Origin: an uncultured Spirochaetota bacterium
GTDB taxonomy: Bacteria > Spirochaetota > Spirochaetia > SZUA-6 > CAVTHK01
NCBI GenBank assembly: GCA_963734495.1
Contig: CAVTHK010000002.1
Span: forward strand, 64,001 to 128,000
DNA: 64,000 nt
Direction: 5' to 3'
A program made the position numbers and the translations under genes. Positions 52,845 through 63,122 of the stretch are shown in pieces. A model generated the notes under the pieces. That model made no database searches and had not been told where the DNA came from. It was given only the letters and a program-made list of their open reading frames with translations. Positions within the stretch are counted from its first letter, which is position 1; each line of letters opens with the position of its first letter.

Positions 52845-54647
52845 TCAGTCGTCCGTGGTCTTCAGCACCGAGAGAAAGGCGCTCTGCGGCAGCTCGACCG
52901 AGCCGACCATCTTGAGCCGCTTCTTGCCTTCCTTCTGCTTCTCGAGGAGCTTCTTCTTCCGCGTGATGTCGCCGCCGTAGCACTTGGCCGTGACGTCCTT
53001 GCGCACGGCGTTGACGGTCTCGCGGGCGATGATCTGGCCGCCGATGGCGCCCTGGATCGGGATCTTGAACTGGTGGCGCGGGATCTCGTCCCGGAGCTTC
53101 TCGCAGACGCGGCGCGCCCGGGCATAGGCGTTGCCCTTGAACAGGAGCATGGACAGGGCGTCGACCGGCTCGCTGTTGATCAGGATGTCCACCTTGACCA
53201 GCTCGGTCGCGCGGTAGTCGATCATTTCGTAGTCGAAGGACGCGTAGCCCCTGGAGATGCTCTTGAGGCGGTCGTAGAAGTCGAAGATCACATCGGCGAG
53301 CGGCATCGCGTAGACGAGCTCGACGCGCTTCTCGTCGAGGTAGGTGAGCGACGTCTGCGTGCCGCGCTTTTCCAGGCAGAGGTTGATGATGACGCCGACG
53401 TACTGGCTCGGCGTGATGATCGTGGCGCGGATGAAAGGCTCCTCGGTCTTCTCGATCTGGCCGGGGTCCGGGTAGGTGGACGGGTTGTCGATCTCGACGT
53501 TCGTGCCGTTCGACAGGAGGATGCGGTAGCGCACCGACGGCGAGGTGAACACGATGTTCAGGTCGAACTCGCGCTCGAGGCGCTCCTGCACGATCTCCAG
53601 GTGCAGCAGGCCGAGGAACCCGCAGCGGAAGCCGAACCCCAGCGCCGCCGACGAGTCCTTGTCGTAGACGAGCGAAGCGTCGTTGAGCTTGAGCTTCTCG
53701 AGCCCCGCGGCGAGCTCGTTGTAGTCGTTGGCGTCGACCGGGTAGATCGAGGAGAAGACGACGGGCTTGACGCGCTTGAAGCCGGGGAGCGCGGCGGCGC
53801 ACGGGCGGGCGTGGTCCGTGAGCGTGTCGCCGACGCTGACCTCCGAGATGGTCCTGAGGCCCGCGATGAGATAGCCCACCTGGCCCGCCTCGAGCTGCGG
53901 CTGGGGGGCGAGCCCGAGCCTGAAGATCCCCGTCTCCTCGACCTTGTGCGCCGCATTGCTCGACCAGAGGCGCACCTGCTGGCCCGGCTTGATCACGCCG
54001 TCGAAGACGCGCACGTGCACGACCACGCCCCGGTAGGCGTCGTACTGGGAGTCGAAGACGATCGCCCGCGTCGGCGCTTCGGCCGACCCTTTCGGCTGCG
54101 GGATGCGCTCGACCAGCGCCTCGAGCAGATCGTCGACGCCCTGGCCGGTCTTGCCGGAGACCAGCAGCGCGCCGTCGGGGTCGAGGCCGAGGTCGTGCTC
54201 GATCTGGTGCCTGACCCCGGGGATGTCGGCGCTCGGGAGGTCGATCTTGTTGATCACCGGTATGATCTCGAGGTTGTGCTCCATCGCGAGAAACAGGTTG
54301 GACAGCGTCTGCGCCTCGACGCCCTGGCTGGCGTCGATCAGCAGGATCGCCCCCTCGCAGGCCGCGAGCGCCCGGGAGACCTCATAGGTAAAGTCCACGT
54401 GGCCCGGCGTGTCGACCAGGTTCAGGCGGTAGCTCTTTCCCGCGCGGCTCGTGTAGGGGATGGTCACCGCCTGGCTCTTGATCGTGATGCCCCGCTCCCG
54501 CTCGATGTCCATGTTGTCGAGGAGCTGATCGTGGAAGTCGCGGTCCGAGATCAGGCCGCCCTTCTGGATAAAGCGGTCGGCAAGCGTCGACTTGCCGTGG
54601 TCGATGTGGGCGATGATGCAGAAGTTGCGGATGTCGTCGGATGCCAT
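52845..54647 (-). CDS. lepA: Elongation factor 4
   Basis: IAHIDHGKSTLADR, GFRCGFLGLLH and CYGGDITRKKKLLEKQKEGKKR. Confidence 0.98.
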   Translation of the reverse strand: MASDDIRNFCIIAHIDHGKSTLADRFIQKGGLISDRDFHDQLLDNMDIERERGITIKSQAVTIPYTSRAGKSYRLNLVDTPGHVDFTYEVSRALAACEGAILLIDASQGVEAQTLSNLFLAMEHNLEIIPVINKIDLPSADIPGVRHQIEHDLGLDPDGALLVSGKTGQGVDDLLEALVERIPQPKGSAEAPTRAIVFDSQYDAYRGVVVHVRVFDGVIKPGQQVRLWSSNAAHKVEETGIFRLGLAPQPQLEAGQVGYLIAGLRTISEVSVGDTLTDHARPCAAALPGFKRVKPVVFSSIYPVDANDYNELAAGLEKLKLNDASLVYDKDSSAALGFGFRCGFLGLLHLEIVQERLEREFDLNIVFTSPSVRYRILLSNGTNVEIDNPSTYPDPGQIEKTEEPFIRATIITPSQYVGVIINLCLEKRGTQTSLTYLDEKRVELVYAMPLADVIFDFYDRLKSISRGYASFDYEMIDYRATELVKVDILINSEPVDALSMLLFKGNAYARARRVCEKLRDEIPRHQFKIPIQGAIGGQIIARETVNAVRKDVTAKCYGGDITRKKKLLEKQKEGKKRLKMVGSVELPQSAFLSVLKTTDD

Positions 54648-54830
54648 GGGGGCCGGTCGCGCCGGCCGGGTGAATATACCCGGAAGCGACGGGAGCATCA
54701 ACGCGGCCGACCGGAACGACCGGAGCGCCGCGAAGAGAGCGGCGGCCCTGGATCCAGCCTGCAGCCGACGCGCTTGGTTGACACGCGCGCGGGCCTTTCC
54801 TATCAATGCCGCACGCTCAAGGAGGAGCCC

Positions 54831-57800
54831 GTGCAGGACTGGGAAGTCAAGCTGTATGAGCAGCGCGTCGCCAAGCTGATCGCCGCCCTCGAGCGGCTGT
54901 TCTACGAGGCGAGGAGCCCCTTCGACCTCCGCTTCCGTGTCTCCGACAAGCCGGTCCCGTTCGCCGAGCGGGAAAAGGGCGGGCTCGCGCCGATCCGCGC
55001 CGGGGACGCATGGGGACGCACCTGGCAGTCGGCGTGGTTCCACGCCCGCGGCCGCGTGCCCGCCGAATGGAAGGGCCGCCTGGTCGTCGCGCTCATCAAC
55101 CTGACGGGCGAGAGCTGCCTCTTCGACGGGAACGGGACGCCGCTCTACGGCCTGACTGGATTTTCCGTGCTGAAGAACGACTACTTCCGGGAGCGCTACG
55201 AGATCGCCCGCCCGGCGCGCGGGGGCGAAGAGGTCGAGCTCTGGATCGAGGCGTCGGCAAGCGGCCTCTTCGGTGTCACGCTGAACAAGGAGCCCGACCC
55301 CGCGGACCCGGCCCGCTTCGGCGTCTTCGAGGCGAAGGTCAAGGACGCGTCCCTCGCGGTCTTCCGCGAGGACATCTGGCACCTGTGGCTCGACTGCCGC
55401 GTGCTCGCCGACCAGATGGAGGCGCTGCCCGCCCGCTCCGTGCGCCGCGCCCGGATCCTCCGCGCGTTCTGCGACGTCGCCGACCGCTTCAGCCCCGACG
55501 ACCCGTCGCCCGACGCCGTGGCGTCGGCCCGGGCGCGCCTCGCCGCAGTGCTGGCCCTGCCGGCCTCCGCCTCGAGCCTGACGACGCGCGCCGTGGGCCA
55601 TGCCCACATCGACACCGCGTGGCTCTGGCCCCTCTCGGAGACGATCCGCAAGGTCGGCCGCACGTTTTCCACGCAGGTGGCGCTGACGCAGCGCTACCCC
55701 GGCTACGTCTTCGGCGCCTCGCAGCCTCAGCTCTACCAGTTCGCGAAGGACCACTACCCCGCCCTCTATGAGAAAGTGAAGGCGGCCGTCCGCGACAAGC
55801 GCTGGGAGCCGCAGGGCGCGATGTGGGTGGAGGCCGACGCGAACCTGATCAGCGGCGAGTCGATGGTGCGCCAGATCCTGCACGGCAAGAACTTCTACCT
55901 CGACGAGTTCGGCATCGAGGTCCGCAACCTGTGGCTGCCGGACGTCTTTGGCTACTCGGCCGCTCTGCCCCAGATCCTGCGCAAGGCGGGCGTCGACGTG
56001 TTCCTCACGCAGAAGATCTCGTGGAGCCAGGTCAACAAGTTCCCGCACCACACCTTCCGCTGGATCGGCATCGACGGCACGGACATCCTGGTGCACTTCC
56101 CGCCGGAGGACACCTACAACAGCATGATGCACGCCTCCGGCCTCATGATGGCGGCCGAGAACTTCATCGAGCGCGACTCGCTCGACGAGTTCATGACGCT
56201 CTTCGGCATCGGGGACGGCGGCGGCGGCCCGACCGAGGAGAACATCGAGATGGGCCTGCGGCAGAGCGACCTCGAAGGGTCGCCCAAGGTGACCTTCGGC
56301 CCGGCCCAGGAGGCGCTCGACCGCCTGCAGGCGCGAAAGGGCGAGCTCGCCGAGTGGGTGGGCGAGCTGTACCTCGAGCTGCACCGCGGGACCCTCACGA
56401 CGCAGGCGCGCAACAAGCGCATGAACCGCCTCATGGAGTACCGACTTCGCGACGTCGAGGTCCTCTGGTCCTGCCTCGCCATCGAGCGGTACCCGCGGGC
56501 CGAGCTCGAGAGGCTCTGGAAGCTGCTGCTGCTCAACCAGTTCCACGACATCATCCCCGGCTCGAGCATCAACCAGGTCTACGTCGACAGTCAGGCCCAG
56601 TACCGCGAGATCGACGCGCGCACGGCCGAGCTGCTGCGCGGCGCCGCCTCGTCGCTGTTCGCCGCGGACGGCGACGCCGTGACGATCGTCAACACGACCG
56701 GGGCCGCGTTCGACGGTCCCGTGCGGCTGCCGGACGGCTGGGCGGGCCGCGCGGTCACCGACGAGAGCGGCGCGGCCGTCGAGCTGCAGAGCGAGGGGGA
56801 GGCGGCCTGGGCGTCGCCGGGGGTGCCGCCGCGCGGCCTGCGCACGCTGCGTCGCGGTGCCGCCGCGCCGGCGCCGGCGGCCGGCGGCGGACCCGCGCGG
56901 TCCGGCGGCGGCCCGGTGCTGGAGAACGACCTCGTGCGGTACACCTTTGACGCTTCGGGCGTCCTCACCTCCGCGTGGGACAAGGAGGAGCAGCGCGAAG
57001 CCCTGGTCAAGCCCGTGGAGCTCCAGCTCTTCGAGGACGCGCCGGTCAACTGGGAAGCCTGGGACGTGGACATCTTCTACGAGAACCAGCTCCGCGAGGT
57101 GCTGCGGCCGGTCGCCTGCGAGCCGTTTGGCGGGCCGGTGAGGCAGGGGCTGCGCCTCGCCTACCGGTTCGGCCGCTCGACCCTCGAGCAGGAGGTCGTG
57201 CTCGCGCGGGGATCGAAAAGGCTCGACTTCGTGACCCGGGCCGACTGGCACGAGCGGCGGCGCATGCTGCGCGCGGCGTTCTTTACCGGCCTCGTCAACG
57301 GGAGCGCCCGCTTCGACATCCAGTTCGGCACGCTCGAGCGGCCGTCGCACCGCAACACGAGCTGGGACCGCGCGCGCTTCGAGGCCGCCGGGCACCGGTT
57401 CGCGGACCTCTCGTCCGGCGGCTGGGGCGTGGCGGTGCTCAATGACTGCAAGTACGGCTACAAGGTGGTGGGCGGCGAGATCAGCCTCAACCTTCTGCGG
57501 GGCACCGTGCATCCCGACCCGGACGCGGACCAGGGCAGCCACACCTTCACCTACAGCCTGCTCCCGCACGCGGGCGACCTCGGCGATTCCCGCGTGTTCG
57601 CCGAGGCGACGAACCTGAACCAGCCGCCCCTGGTCTTCGGAGGCCTAGCCGCGCGCGGCAAGGAGCTTCCCCTCCCGGTTTCCGTCGAGGGCGACGGCGT
57701 GGTCTTCGAGGTCCTCAAGAAGGCGGAGCGCGAGGAGGCGTGGGTGCTGCGCGCGTGGGAGTGCCGCGGCCGCCGCGCCGTGGCAAGGCTCGCCGTGACG

Positions 57801-57941
57801 GGAAAGGCCGCCTGCAAGGAGACCGACCTCATGGAGCGCGACCTGAACGAGATCCCGCTCGAAGGCGGCGGCGCGAGCGTCGCGCTGCGGCCCTTCGACG
57901 TGCGCACTTTCAAGATCACGGCGAGCCGGTCGCGGCGGTGA
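54831..57941 (+). CDS. Glycoside hydrolase family 38 alpha-mannosidase
   Basis: GHAHIDTAWLWP, WLPDVFGY, GDGGGGP, ELYLELHRG and NQFHDIIPGS. Confidence 0.95.
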   Translation: MQDWEVKLYEQRVAKLIAALERLFYEARSPFDLRFRVSDKPVPFAEREKGGLAPIRAGDAWGRTWQSAWFHARGRVPAEWKGRLVVALINLTGESCLFDGNGTPLYGLTGFSVLKNDYFRERYEIARPARGGEEVELWIEASASGLFGVTLNKEPDPADPARFGVFEAKVKDASLAVFREDIWHLWLDCRVLADQMEALPARSVRRARILRAFCDVADRFSPDDPSPDAVASARARLAAVLALPASASSLTTRAVGHAHIDTAWLWPLSETIRKVGRTFSTQVALTQRYPGYVFGASQPQLYQFAKDHYPALYEKVKAAVRDKRWEPQGAMWVEADANLISGESMVRQILHGKNFYLDEFGIEVRNLWLPDVFGYSAALPQILRKAGVDVFLTQKISWSQVNKFPHHTFRWIGIDGTDILVHFPPEDTYNSMMHASGLMMAAENFIERDSLDEFMTLFGIGDGGGGPTEENIEMGLRQSDLEGSPKVTFGPAQEALDRLQARKGELAEWVGELYLELHRGTLTTQARNKRMNRLMEYRLRDVEVLWSCLAIERYPRAELERLWKLLLLNQFHDIIPGSSINQVYVDSQAQYREIDARTAELLRGAASSLFAADGDAVTIVNTTGAAFDGPVRLPDGWAGRAVTDESGAAVELQSEGEAAWASPGVPPRGLRTLRRGAAAPAPAAGGGPARSGGGPVLENDLVRYTFDASGVLTSAWDKEEQREALVKPVELQLFEDAPVNWEAWDVDIFYENQLREVLRPVACEPFGGPVRQGLRLAYRFGRSTLEQEVVLARGSKRLDFVTRADWHERRRMLRAAFFTGLVNGSARFDIQFGTLERPSHRNTSWDRARFEAAGHRFADLSSGGWGVAVLNDCKYGYKVVGGEISLNLLRGTVHPDPDADQGSHTFTYSLLPHAGDLGDSRVFAEATNLNQPPLVFGGLAARGKELPLPVSVEGDGVVFEVLKKAEREEAWVLRAWECRGRRAVARLAVTGKAACKETDLMERDLNEIPLEGGGASVALRPFDVRTFKITASRSRR

Positions 57942-58421
57942 GCGGCGAGACGATCGCGCGCGCGGTGCTGGTCCTGGCCGCGGCCGCCTGCGCGGTCGTG
58001 GACGTGCGCGAGCGGCGGATCCCCGACGCGATCCTGGGGCCGGCGTTCGCCCTGGCCGCGGTCGCGCGGGTGGCCGCCGCGGCCCTGGGCGGCGGATGGA
58101 TGCCCCTCCTCGAGGGAATCGGCACCGGCGCCGCGGCGTTCGCCGTCCTGCGTGCTCGTGCGCCTCGTGAGCCGCGGGAGGCTCGGGCCCGGCGACGCAA
58201 AGCTCTCCGCCCTGATCGGCTTCGTGCTCGGCCTGAGAGGCTGGCTCGTCGCCATGCTGGCCGCCTCCTTCGCGGGCACCGCCGTCGCGCTGGCCCTCAT
58301 CGCCGCGGGCAGGCTGCGGCGCAGCGACCCCCTCGCGTTCGCGCCGTTCCTCGCCGCGGGTGTCGTGGTCGCGCTGCTGCTCGACGGCGCGCTGCGGACC
58401 GCGCTCCTTTCCTCGAGTTGA
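57938..58421 (+). CDS. A24 family prepilin peptidase-like protein; frameshift near 58150
   Basis: DVRERRIPD; LGPGDAKL and LAFAPFL in a second frame. Confidence 0.75.
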
Positions 58422-58457
58422 CCGGCCGCGGGGGGCCTCTTACACTGGCGGCGGAGG

Positions 58458-59402
58458 GTGACCTTGCCTGAAACTGCGACCGCCCTGACCGTGCCCGGAC
58501 CGTCCCGGCGCGCGGGACGCGGACTGAAGCAGCGGGCGCGCCGGGACGCGCTGACGTTTCTCGCGTTCGTGGCGCCGAACTTCGTTCTTCTCGGCGTCTT
58601 CACATTCTGGCCCGTTCTCTACAGCCTGTACCTGAGCTTCCTCAAGTGGAACATGGTGGCGAAGTCGCGTCCATTCATAGGGCTCGCCAACTACCGGACG
58701 CTGATCGGCGACCGGGTCTTCTGGCTGGTGACGCGCAACACCTTCCTGCTCGCCGCGGGCACCGTGTTCATCACGCTGGCGCTCGCTCTGGCCCTGGCGG
58801 TGGCGCTGAACCGCCGCATGGCGGGGCGCGACATCTACCGGGCGATCATCTTTTCCCCGACCTTCACGACGAGCGTCGCGGTCGCGATGGTCTGGAGCTG
58901 GATCCTCGACCCGAACTACGGGCTGCTGCGCGTCTTCCTGCACGCCGCGGGCATCGCCTCGCCCAACTGGCTGGGCGACGTGCGCTGGGCCCTGCCCGCG
59001 GTCATGATGGTCGTGATCTGGAGCGGGCTCGGGTACGACATGGTCATCTTCCTGGCGGGCCTGCAGGGGATCCCCGCCGAGCTCTACGAGGCGGCCCGCG
59101 TGGACGGCGCCTCGCCCGGGCAGGTGTTCCGGAAGATCACGTTCCCGCTGCTTTCGCCGACGACCTTCTTTCTCCTGGTCATCTCCGTGATCGGAGCGCT
59201 CAAGGCCTTCGACGTCGTGGCGGTGATGACCGGCGGGGGGCCGCTCGACAGCTCCAACGTCTACGTGCTGTACCTCTACCAGAACGCCTTCAAATGGTTC
59301 AAGGCCGGATACGCGTCGGCGCTCGCGGTGGTCCTCTTCGTCGTGATCCTCCTGATCACGGCCGGCCAGATGAAGCTGTCCAAAAGGTGGGTCCACTACT
59401 GA
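58458..59402 (+). CDS. CUT1 ABC permease (UgpA-like)
   Basis: FIGLANY, LAGLQGIPAELYEAARVDGA (EAA loop) and ITFPLLSPT. Confidence 0.92.
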   Translation: MTLPETATALTVPGPSRRAGRGLKQRARRDALTFLAFVAPNFVLLGVFTFWPVLYSLYLSFLKWNMVAKSRPFIGLANYRTLIGDRVFWLVTRNTFLLAAGTVFITLALALALAVALNRRMAGRDIYRAIIFSPTFTTSVAVAMVWSWILDPNYGLLRVFLHAAGIASPNWLGDVRWALPAVMMVVIWSGLGYDMVIFLAGLQGIPAELYEAARVDGASPGQVFRKITFPLLSPTTFFLLVISVIGALKAFDVVAVMTGGGPLDSSNVYVLYLYQNAFKWFKAGYASALAVVLFVVILLITAGQMKLSKRWVHY

Positions 59403-60259
59403 TGGATGCGCGGGGGCCTCACCGCCGAACGACAGCGCGGCGCGCCGCGGGGCGCGCGGTTTCTCACATCGTGCTCATCGCGGCGAGCGTGGCCATCGGG
59501 CTGCCCTTTGTCTGGATGGTCACGACGGCGTTCAAGGGGCCGACCGAGGTCTACATCTTTCCTCCGATCTGGTGGCCGGCCGAGCCGCGCCTGGAGAACT
59601 TTGTCGAAGCCTGGGGGATCGCCCCCTTCGGCCGCTTCTACGTCAACAGCATCATCACGACCGGGGCGGGCGTCGTGCTCGAGGTGCTCATCGCGGCGCT
59701 GTCGGCGTACGCCTTTGCCCGCATCCCGTTCCGGTTCCGCGACCAGCTGTTCGTCATCATGCTCGCGGCCCTGATGATCCCCGGCCAGGTGGCGCTGATC
59801 CCGAACTACGTGGTGCTCAAGCACCTGGGGTGGATCAACACGTACGCCGGCATCGTCGTCCCGCACGTCTCGAGCGTGTTCGGGGCCTTTCTGCTGCGGC
59901 AGGCGATCCTCTCGATGCCCGCGTCGCTGTTCGACGCGGCCGAGATCGACGGGCTCGGGCACCTGCGGTCGATGCTGAGCGTCGCCCTGCCGCTGGCGCG
60001 GCCGGTCGTGGCCACGCTCTCGCTCTACCTCTTTATTTCCAAGTGGAACAGCTACCTCTGGCCGCTCATCGTGACGAACACGGAGAGCATGCGCACGCTG
60101 CCCGTCGGGCTGTCGATGGTCGAGAAGGCCGAGTACATGATCGGGCCGGAGCACCTGATGGCCGCGTCGCTGTTCGTGCTCGTGCCGGTGCTGGTCGTGT
60201 TCTTCGCGGCGCAGAAGCAGCTGATCGAAGGGATTGCGGCAGGCGCGATCAAGGGCTGA
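59402..60259 (+). CDS. CUT1 ABC permease (UgpE-like)
   Basis: AYAFAR, FDAAEIDG and WNSYLWPL. Confidence 0.92.
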   Translation: MDARGPHRRTTARRAAGRAVSHIVLIAASVAIGLPFVWMVTTAFKGPTEVYIFPPIWWPAEPRLENFVEAWGIAPFGRFYVNSIITTGAGVVLEVLIAALSAYAFARIPFRFRDQLFVIMLAALMIPGQVALIPNYVVLKHLGWINTYAGIVVPHVSSVFGAFLLRQAILSMPASLFDAAEIDGLGHLRSMLSVALPLARPVVATLSLYLFISKWNSYLWPLIVTNTESMRTLPVGLSMVEKAEYMIGPEHLMAASLFVLVPVLVVFFAAQKQLIEGIAAGAIKG

Positions 60260-60318
60260 AACGCCGAGCGGGCGCCCGGGCGCTCCCGGCGGGAAAACGC
60301 GTTCGAGGAGGTGTTCGA

Positions 60319-61599
60319 ATGAAATCATACGTGGTTGCGGGACTGCTGCTGGCTCTCGCGCTGGCCGCGCCCGTGGTCTTCGCTTCGCCGCAGGGCGAGA
60401 CGGCGGCCGCCGGGCCGGTCAAGATCGTGTACTGGCGCTCCGGCACCGGAGCGCAGGCCGACGCGCAGGAGGAGCTGGTCAAGCGCTTCAACGCGTCGCA
60501 GTCGCGGGTGGTGGCGGAGGCCCAGTTCCAGGGCGCCTACGCCGAAATCCTGCAGAAGCTGATGGCGGGTCTGGCCGCCAAGAGCGTTCCCGACCTCGCG
60601 CTGCTGGACTCGCCCTTCGTCGTGCTGTTCGCCAAAGACGGCGCGCTCGTCGACCTCGGCAGGTTCGCGGCTGACGCCAGGAGCGGCATCGACCTCAAGG
60701 ACTTCGTCCCGGGGTTCCTGAATGACGGCACCTATAAGGGCAAGCTCTACGCGCTGCCGTTCCTGCGCAGCACCCCGCTCGTGTACTTCAATCGCGACAT
60801 GTTCGCCTCGGCCGGCTTGCCCGACAAAGTGCCGGACACCTGGGACGACACCGTCGAGTACTCCCGCAAGATGAGCAAGCCCGACCGCTTCGGCGTCGGG
60901 TTCACGCTCGGGACCACCACGGCCCACTGGTACCTGCAGGGCGCGATCTACTCCTACGGCGGCGAGGTCTCCGACGAAGACTTCAACCCGCTGCTCGAGA
61001 AGCCGGAAGCCGTGGCCGCGGCCCAGCTCTGGCAGGACATGGTCTTCAAGGACAAGATCGCGATCCCCGGCAATGTGAGCCAGGGCGACGCGCAGAACGA
61101 CCTGCTCAATTCGCGCGTCGGCATGGCCTTCGGCTCGACCGGCAGCATGGCCAACATCTATAGCCGCGCCAAGTTCCGCGCCGGCGCCGGCTTCATGCCC
61201 GCCAAGGTCAAGCACTCGGTGCCCGTCGGCGGGTCCGTGCTCGGCATGACCAGCACGGACAAGGCGCGGCAGGCGGCCTCGTGGGAGTTCATGAAGTTCG
61301 TCACCAGCCCCGCGAGCAACGCCCTCATCGTGGTCCAGACCGGGTACCTGCCGTACACCAAGGGCGCGATGGAGCACCCGGACACGGTCGCCTATTTCCA
61401 AAAGTACCCGGAGAGAAAGGTCGCCATGGACCAGCTGCAGTACGCGCGCCCCCAGGCGAGCGTGATCTCCCTCGGCAAGGGCACGGAGATCCTGCGCCAG
61501 GCGGTCGAAAAGCTCCTGGTCGGCAACGTCCCGGCGCCGCAGGTGATGAAGGAGACCTCCGCGGACCTCCGCAAGGAGTACACGGAGTCGTTCAAGTAG
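60319..61599 (+). CDS. ABC substrate-binding protein (UgpB-like)
   Basis: Signal peptide; FNASQ, LPFLRSTPLVYFNRD and TGYLP. Confidence 0.9.
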   Translation: MKSYVVAGLLLALALAAPVVFASPQGETAAAGPVKIVYWRSGTGAQADAQEELVKRFNASQSRVVAEAQFQGAYAEILQKLMAGLAAKSVPDLALLDSPFVVLFAKDGALVDLGRFAADARSGIDLKDFVPGFLNDGTYKGKLYALPFLRSTPLVYFNRDMFASAGLPDKVPDTWDDTVEYSRKMSKPDRFGVGFTLGTTTAHWYLQGAIYSYGGEVSDEDFNPLLEKPEAVAAAQLWQDMVFKDKIAIPGNVSQGDAQNDLLNSRVGMAFGSTGSMANIYSRAKFRAGAGFMPAKVKHSVPVGGSVLGMTSTDKARQAASWEFMKFVTSPASNALIVVQTGYLPYTKGAMEHPDTVAYFQKYPERKVAMDQLQYARPQASVISLGKGTEILRQAVEKLLVGNVPAPQVMKETSADLRKEYTESFK

Positions 61600-61672
61600 A
61601 AGCGAGGCAGCCGGCCGCGGGACCGGCCCGCAGGGTCGGGCGGTCCCGCGCGCCCGGCGCGCCCCGCTGCCC

Positions 61673-61804
61673 ATGCGCGTCATGACCTGCAACATCCGGG
61701 TCCTCGGCGCCGAGGTCGTCTCCGACGCGGTCGAGGGACGCTACCCCAGCGACCACTACTTCGTCGTCGCGGACCTCGAGGCCGCGCAGGAGCCGCGACC
61801 ATGA
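61673..61804 (+). pseudogene. Internally deleted endonuclease/exonuclease/phosphatase (EEP) gene, 43 aa
   Basis: MRVMTCNIR fused directly to VLGAEVVSDAVEGRYPSDHYFVVADLE, the first and last motifs of the EEP family. Confidence 0.75.
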
Positions 61805-62070
61805 CCCACCACCTTCACAAGGTACTCGACCTCCAGGACGGAGACGAGGTGCGGGTCGGGCTGACCGCCGCCGCAAACGTCTACCTCGTCGACGAAGCCA
61901 ACTACGCCCTCTATCTCGAGGATCAGGAGTTCGAGTACTACGGCGGAACCGCGAAGCAATCGCCGTACCGCATCCTGGCGCCCGGCGCGGGGGTCTGGCA
62001 CCTGGTGGTCGAGCAGATGGACAGCCGCGATTCGCTCAGCGTCGCCGTCCAGCTGATCAGAGCGCGTTGA
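61801..62070 (+). CDS. DUF1883-like small protein
   Basis: ANVYLVD..NY..F.YYGG..SP.RI..P..GVWHLVV. Confidence 0.7.
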   Translation: MTHHLHKVLDLQDGDEVRVGLTAAANVYLVDEANYALYLEDQEFEYYGGTAKQSPYRILAPGAGVWHLVVEQMDSRDSLSVAVQLIRAR

Positions 62071-63007
62071 GCCGGGCGCGGGCCGCAGCGAGCGCTTCCG
62101 GCCCCAGCAGCCGGCCGAGCGGACCCTCGAAAGATTCAGGGGGAGGAGCGACGAGCCGGCCGAAGCCGAGCCACGCGGCGTCCTCGTCGACCGTCAGGGC
62201 GAGGGCGTGCAGCAGGTAGCCGGCCGCGGCCGCCCCGAGGGCCCGGCCGCCGTACTTGCGGTCGCCGGCGAGGGGGTGCCCGCGCAAGCCGGCCTGCGCG
62301 CGGATCTGGTGCGTGCGGCCCGTCAGCGGGAAGCAGGCAAGCAGCGTGAGCGGCCCGCGGCAGGCGAGGGGGACGACGCGCGTGACCGCGGCCGAGCCGC
62401 CCCCCTCGGAGCGGCGGCTTTCGTGATCGTAGCCGATCGAGTCCTCCCAGGTCTCCTCGGCCGCGACCGCGCCTTCGACGACCGCGAGGTACTCCTTGGC
62501 CACCGCGCGCTCGCGGAAGAGCCGCGCCAGCGCCTGCGCTCCCGCCAGGCTGCAGGAGAACAGCAGCAGGCCCGAGGTGCCGCGGTCCAGCCTGTGCGCC
62601 GGGCCGGGCCTGAACGACAGGGACGCGGGGCGGCGGCTCTCGAGGTACGCGAGCACGAGATCGGCCGCGGAATCGGGGCCATGGGCGGGCATCCCGGCCG
62701 GCTTGTTCAGGGCGATCGCGTGCTCGCCTTCGAATAGAAGAAGGGCTTCGAGCCGCCGGGCCGCTTCGCCAGGCGCCGCGGGACGGCGCGGCCGCCCGGC
62801 CTCCGGCTCGAAGCCCGGCGCGGAGATCCGGTCGCCGGCCGCGACACGGGCGGCCGGCGAAGACTTCTGCCCGTTCAGGCGGATGGCGCCGGTCCTGATC
62901 GCGCGGAAGATGCGGCCGAGCGGCGCGCCCGGAAACAGCCTGCGCGCGACGCGGTCGAGCCTGCGGCCGGCGTCGTCGGCCGCGGCGGTGTACACCCGCT
63001 CTTCCAT
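62057..63007 (-). CDS. RluA family pseudouridine synthase with S4 domain
   Basis: GRRLDR, NKPAG, HRLDRGTSG, TGRTHQIRA and GDRKYG. Confidence 0.93.
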   Translation of the reverse strand: MEERVYTAAADDAGRRLDRVARRLFPGAPLGRIFRAIRTGAIRLNGQKSSPAARVAAGDRISAPGFEPEAGRPRRPAAPGEAARRLEALLLFEGEHAIALNKPAGMPAHGPDSAADLVLAYLESRRPASLSFRPGPAHRLDRGTSGLLLFSCSLAGAQALARLFRERAVAKEYLAVVEGAVAAEETWEDSIGYDHESRRSEGGGSAAVTRVVPLACRGPLTLLACFPLTGRTHQIRAQAGLRGHPLAGDRKYGGRALGAAAAGYLLHALALTVDEDAAWLGFGRLVAPPPESFEGPLGRLLGPEALAAARARLNAL

Positions 63008-63122
63008 GCGGCGAGCGTAGCGGCGCCGCGGCAGGCCGGTCAAACGCCGCTTGACATCTGCAAGGCGCCCGGCCACGATGCTGCGCGCCGCCTCCGGCGG
63101 CGCCCACGGCGGGAGCTCACGA

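Noticed and set aside
52743-57569. Giant 1732-aa and 1574-aa ORFs, and other long Arg/Ala/Gly-rich ORFs in the track
   Set aside because: They are shadow extensions caused by stop-codon scarcity at high GC; the real genes are lepA (to 54647) and the GH38 mannosidase (from 54831).
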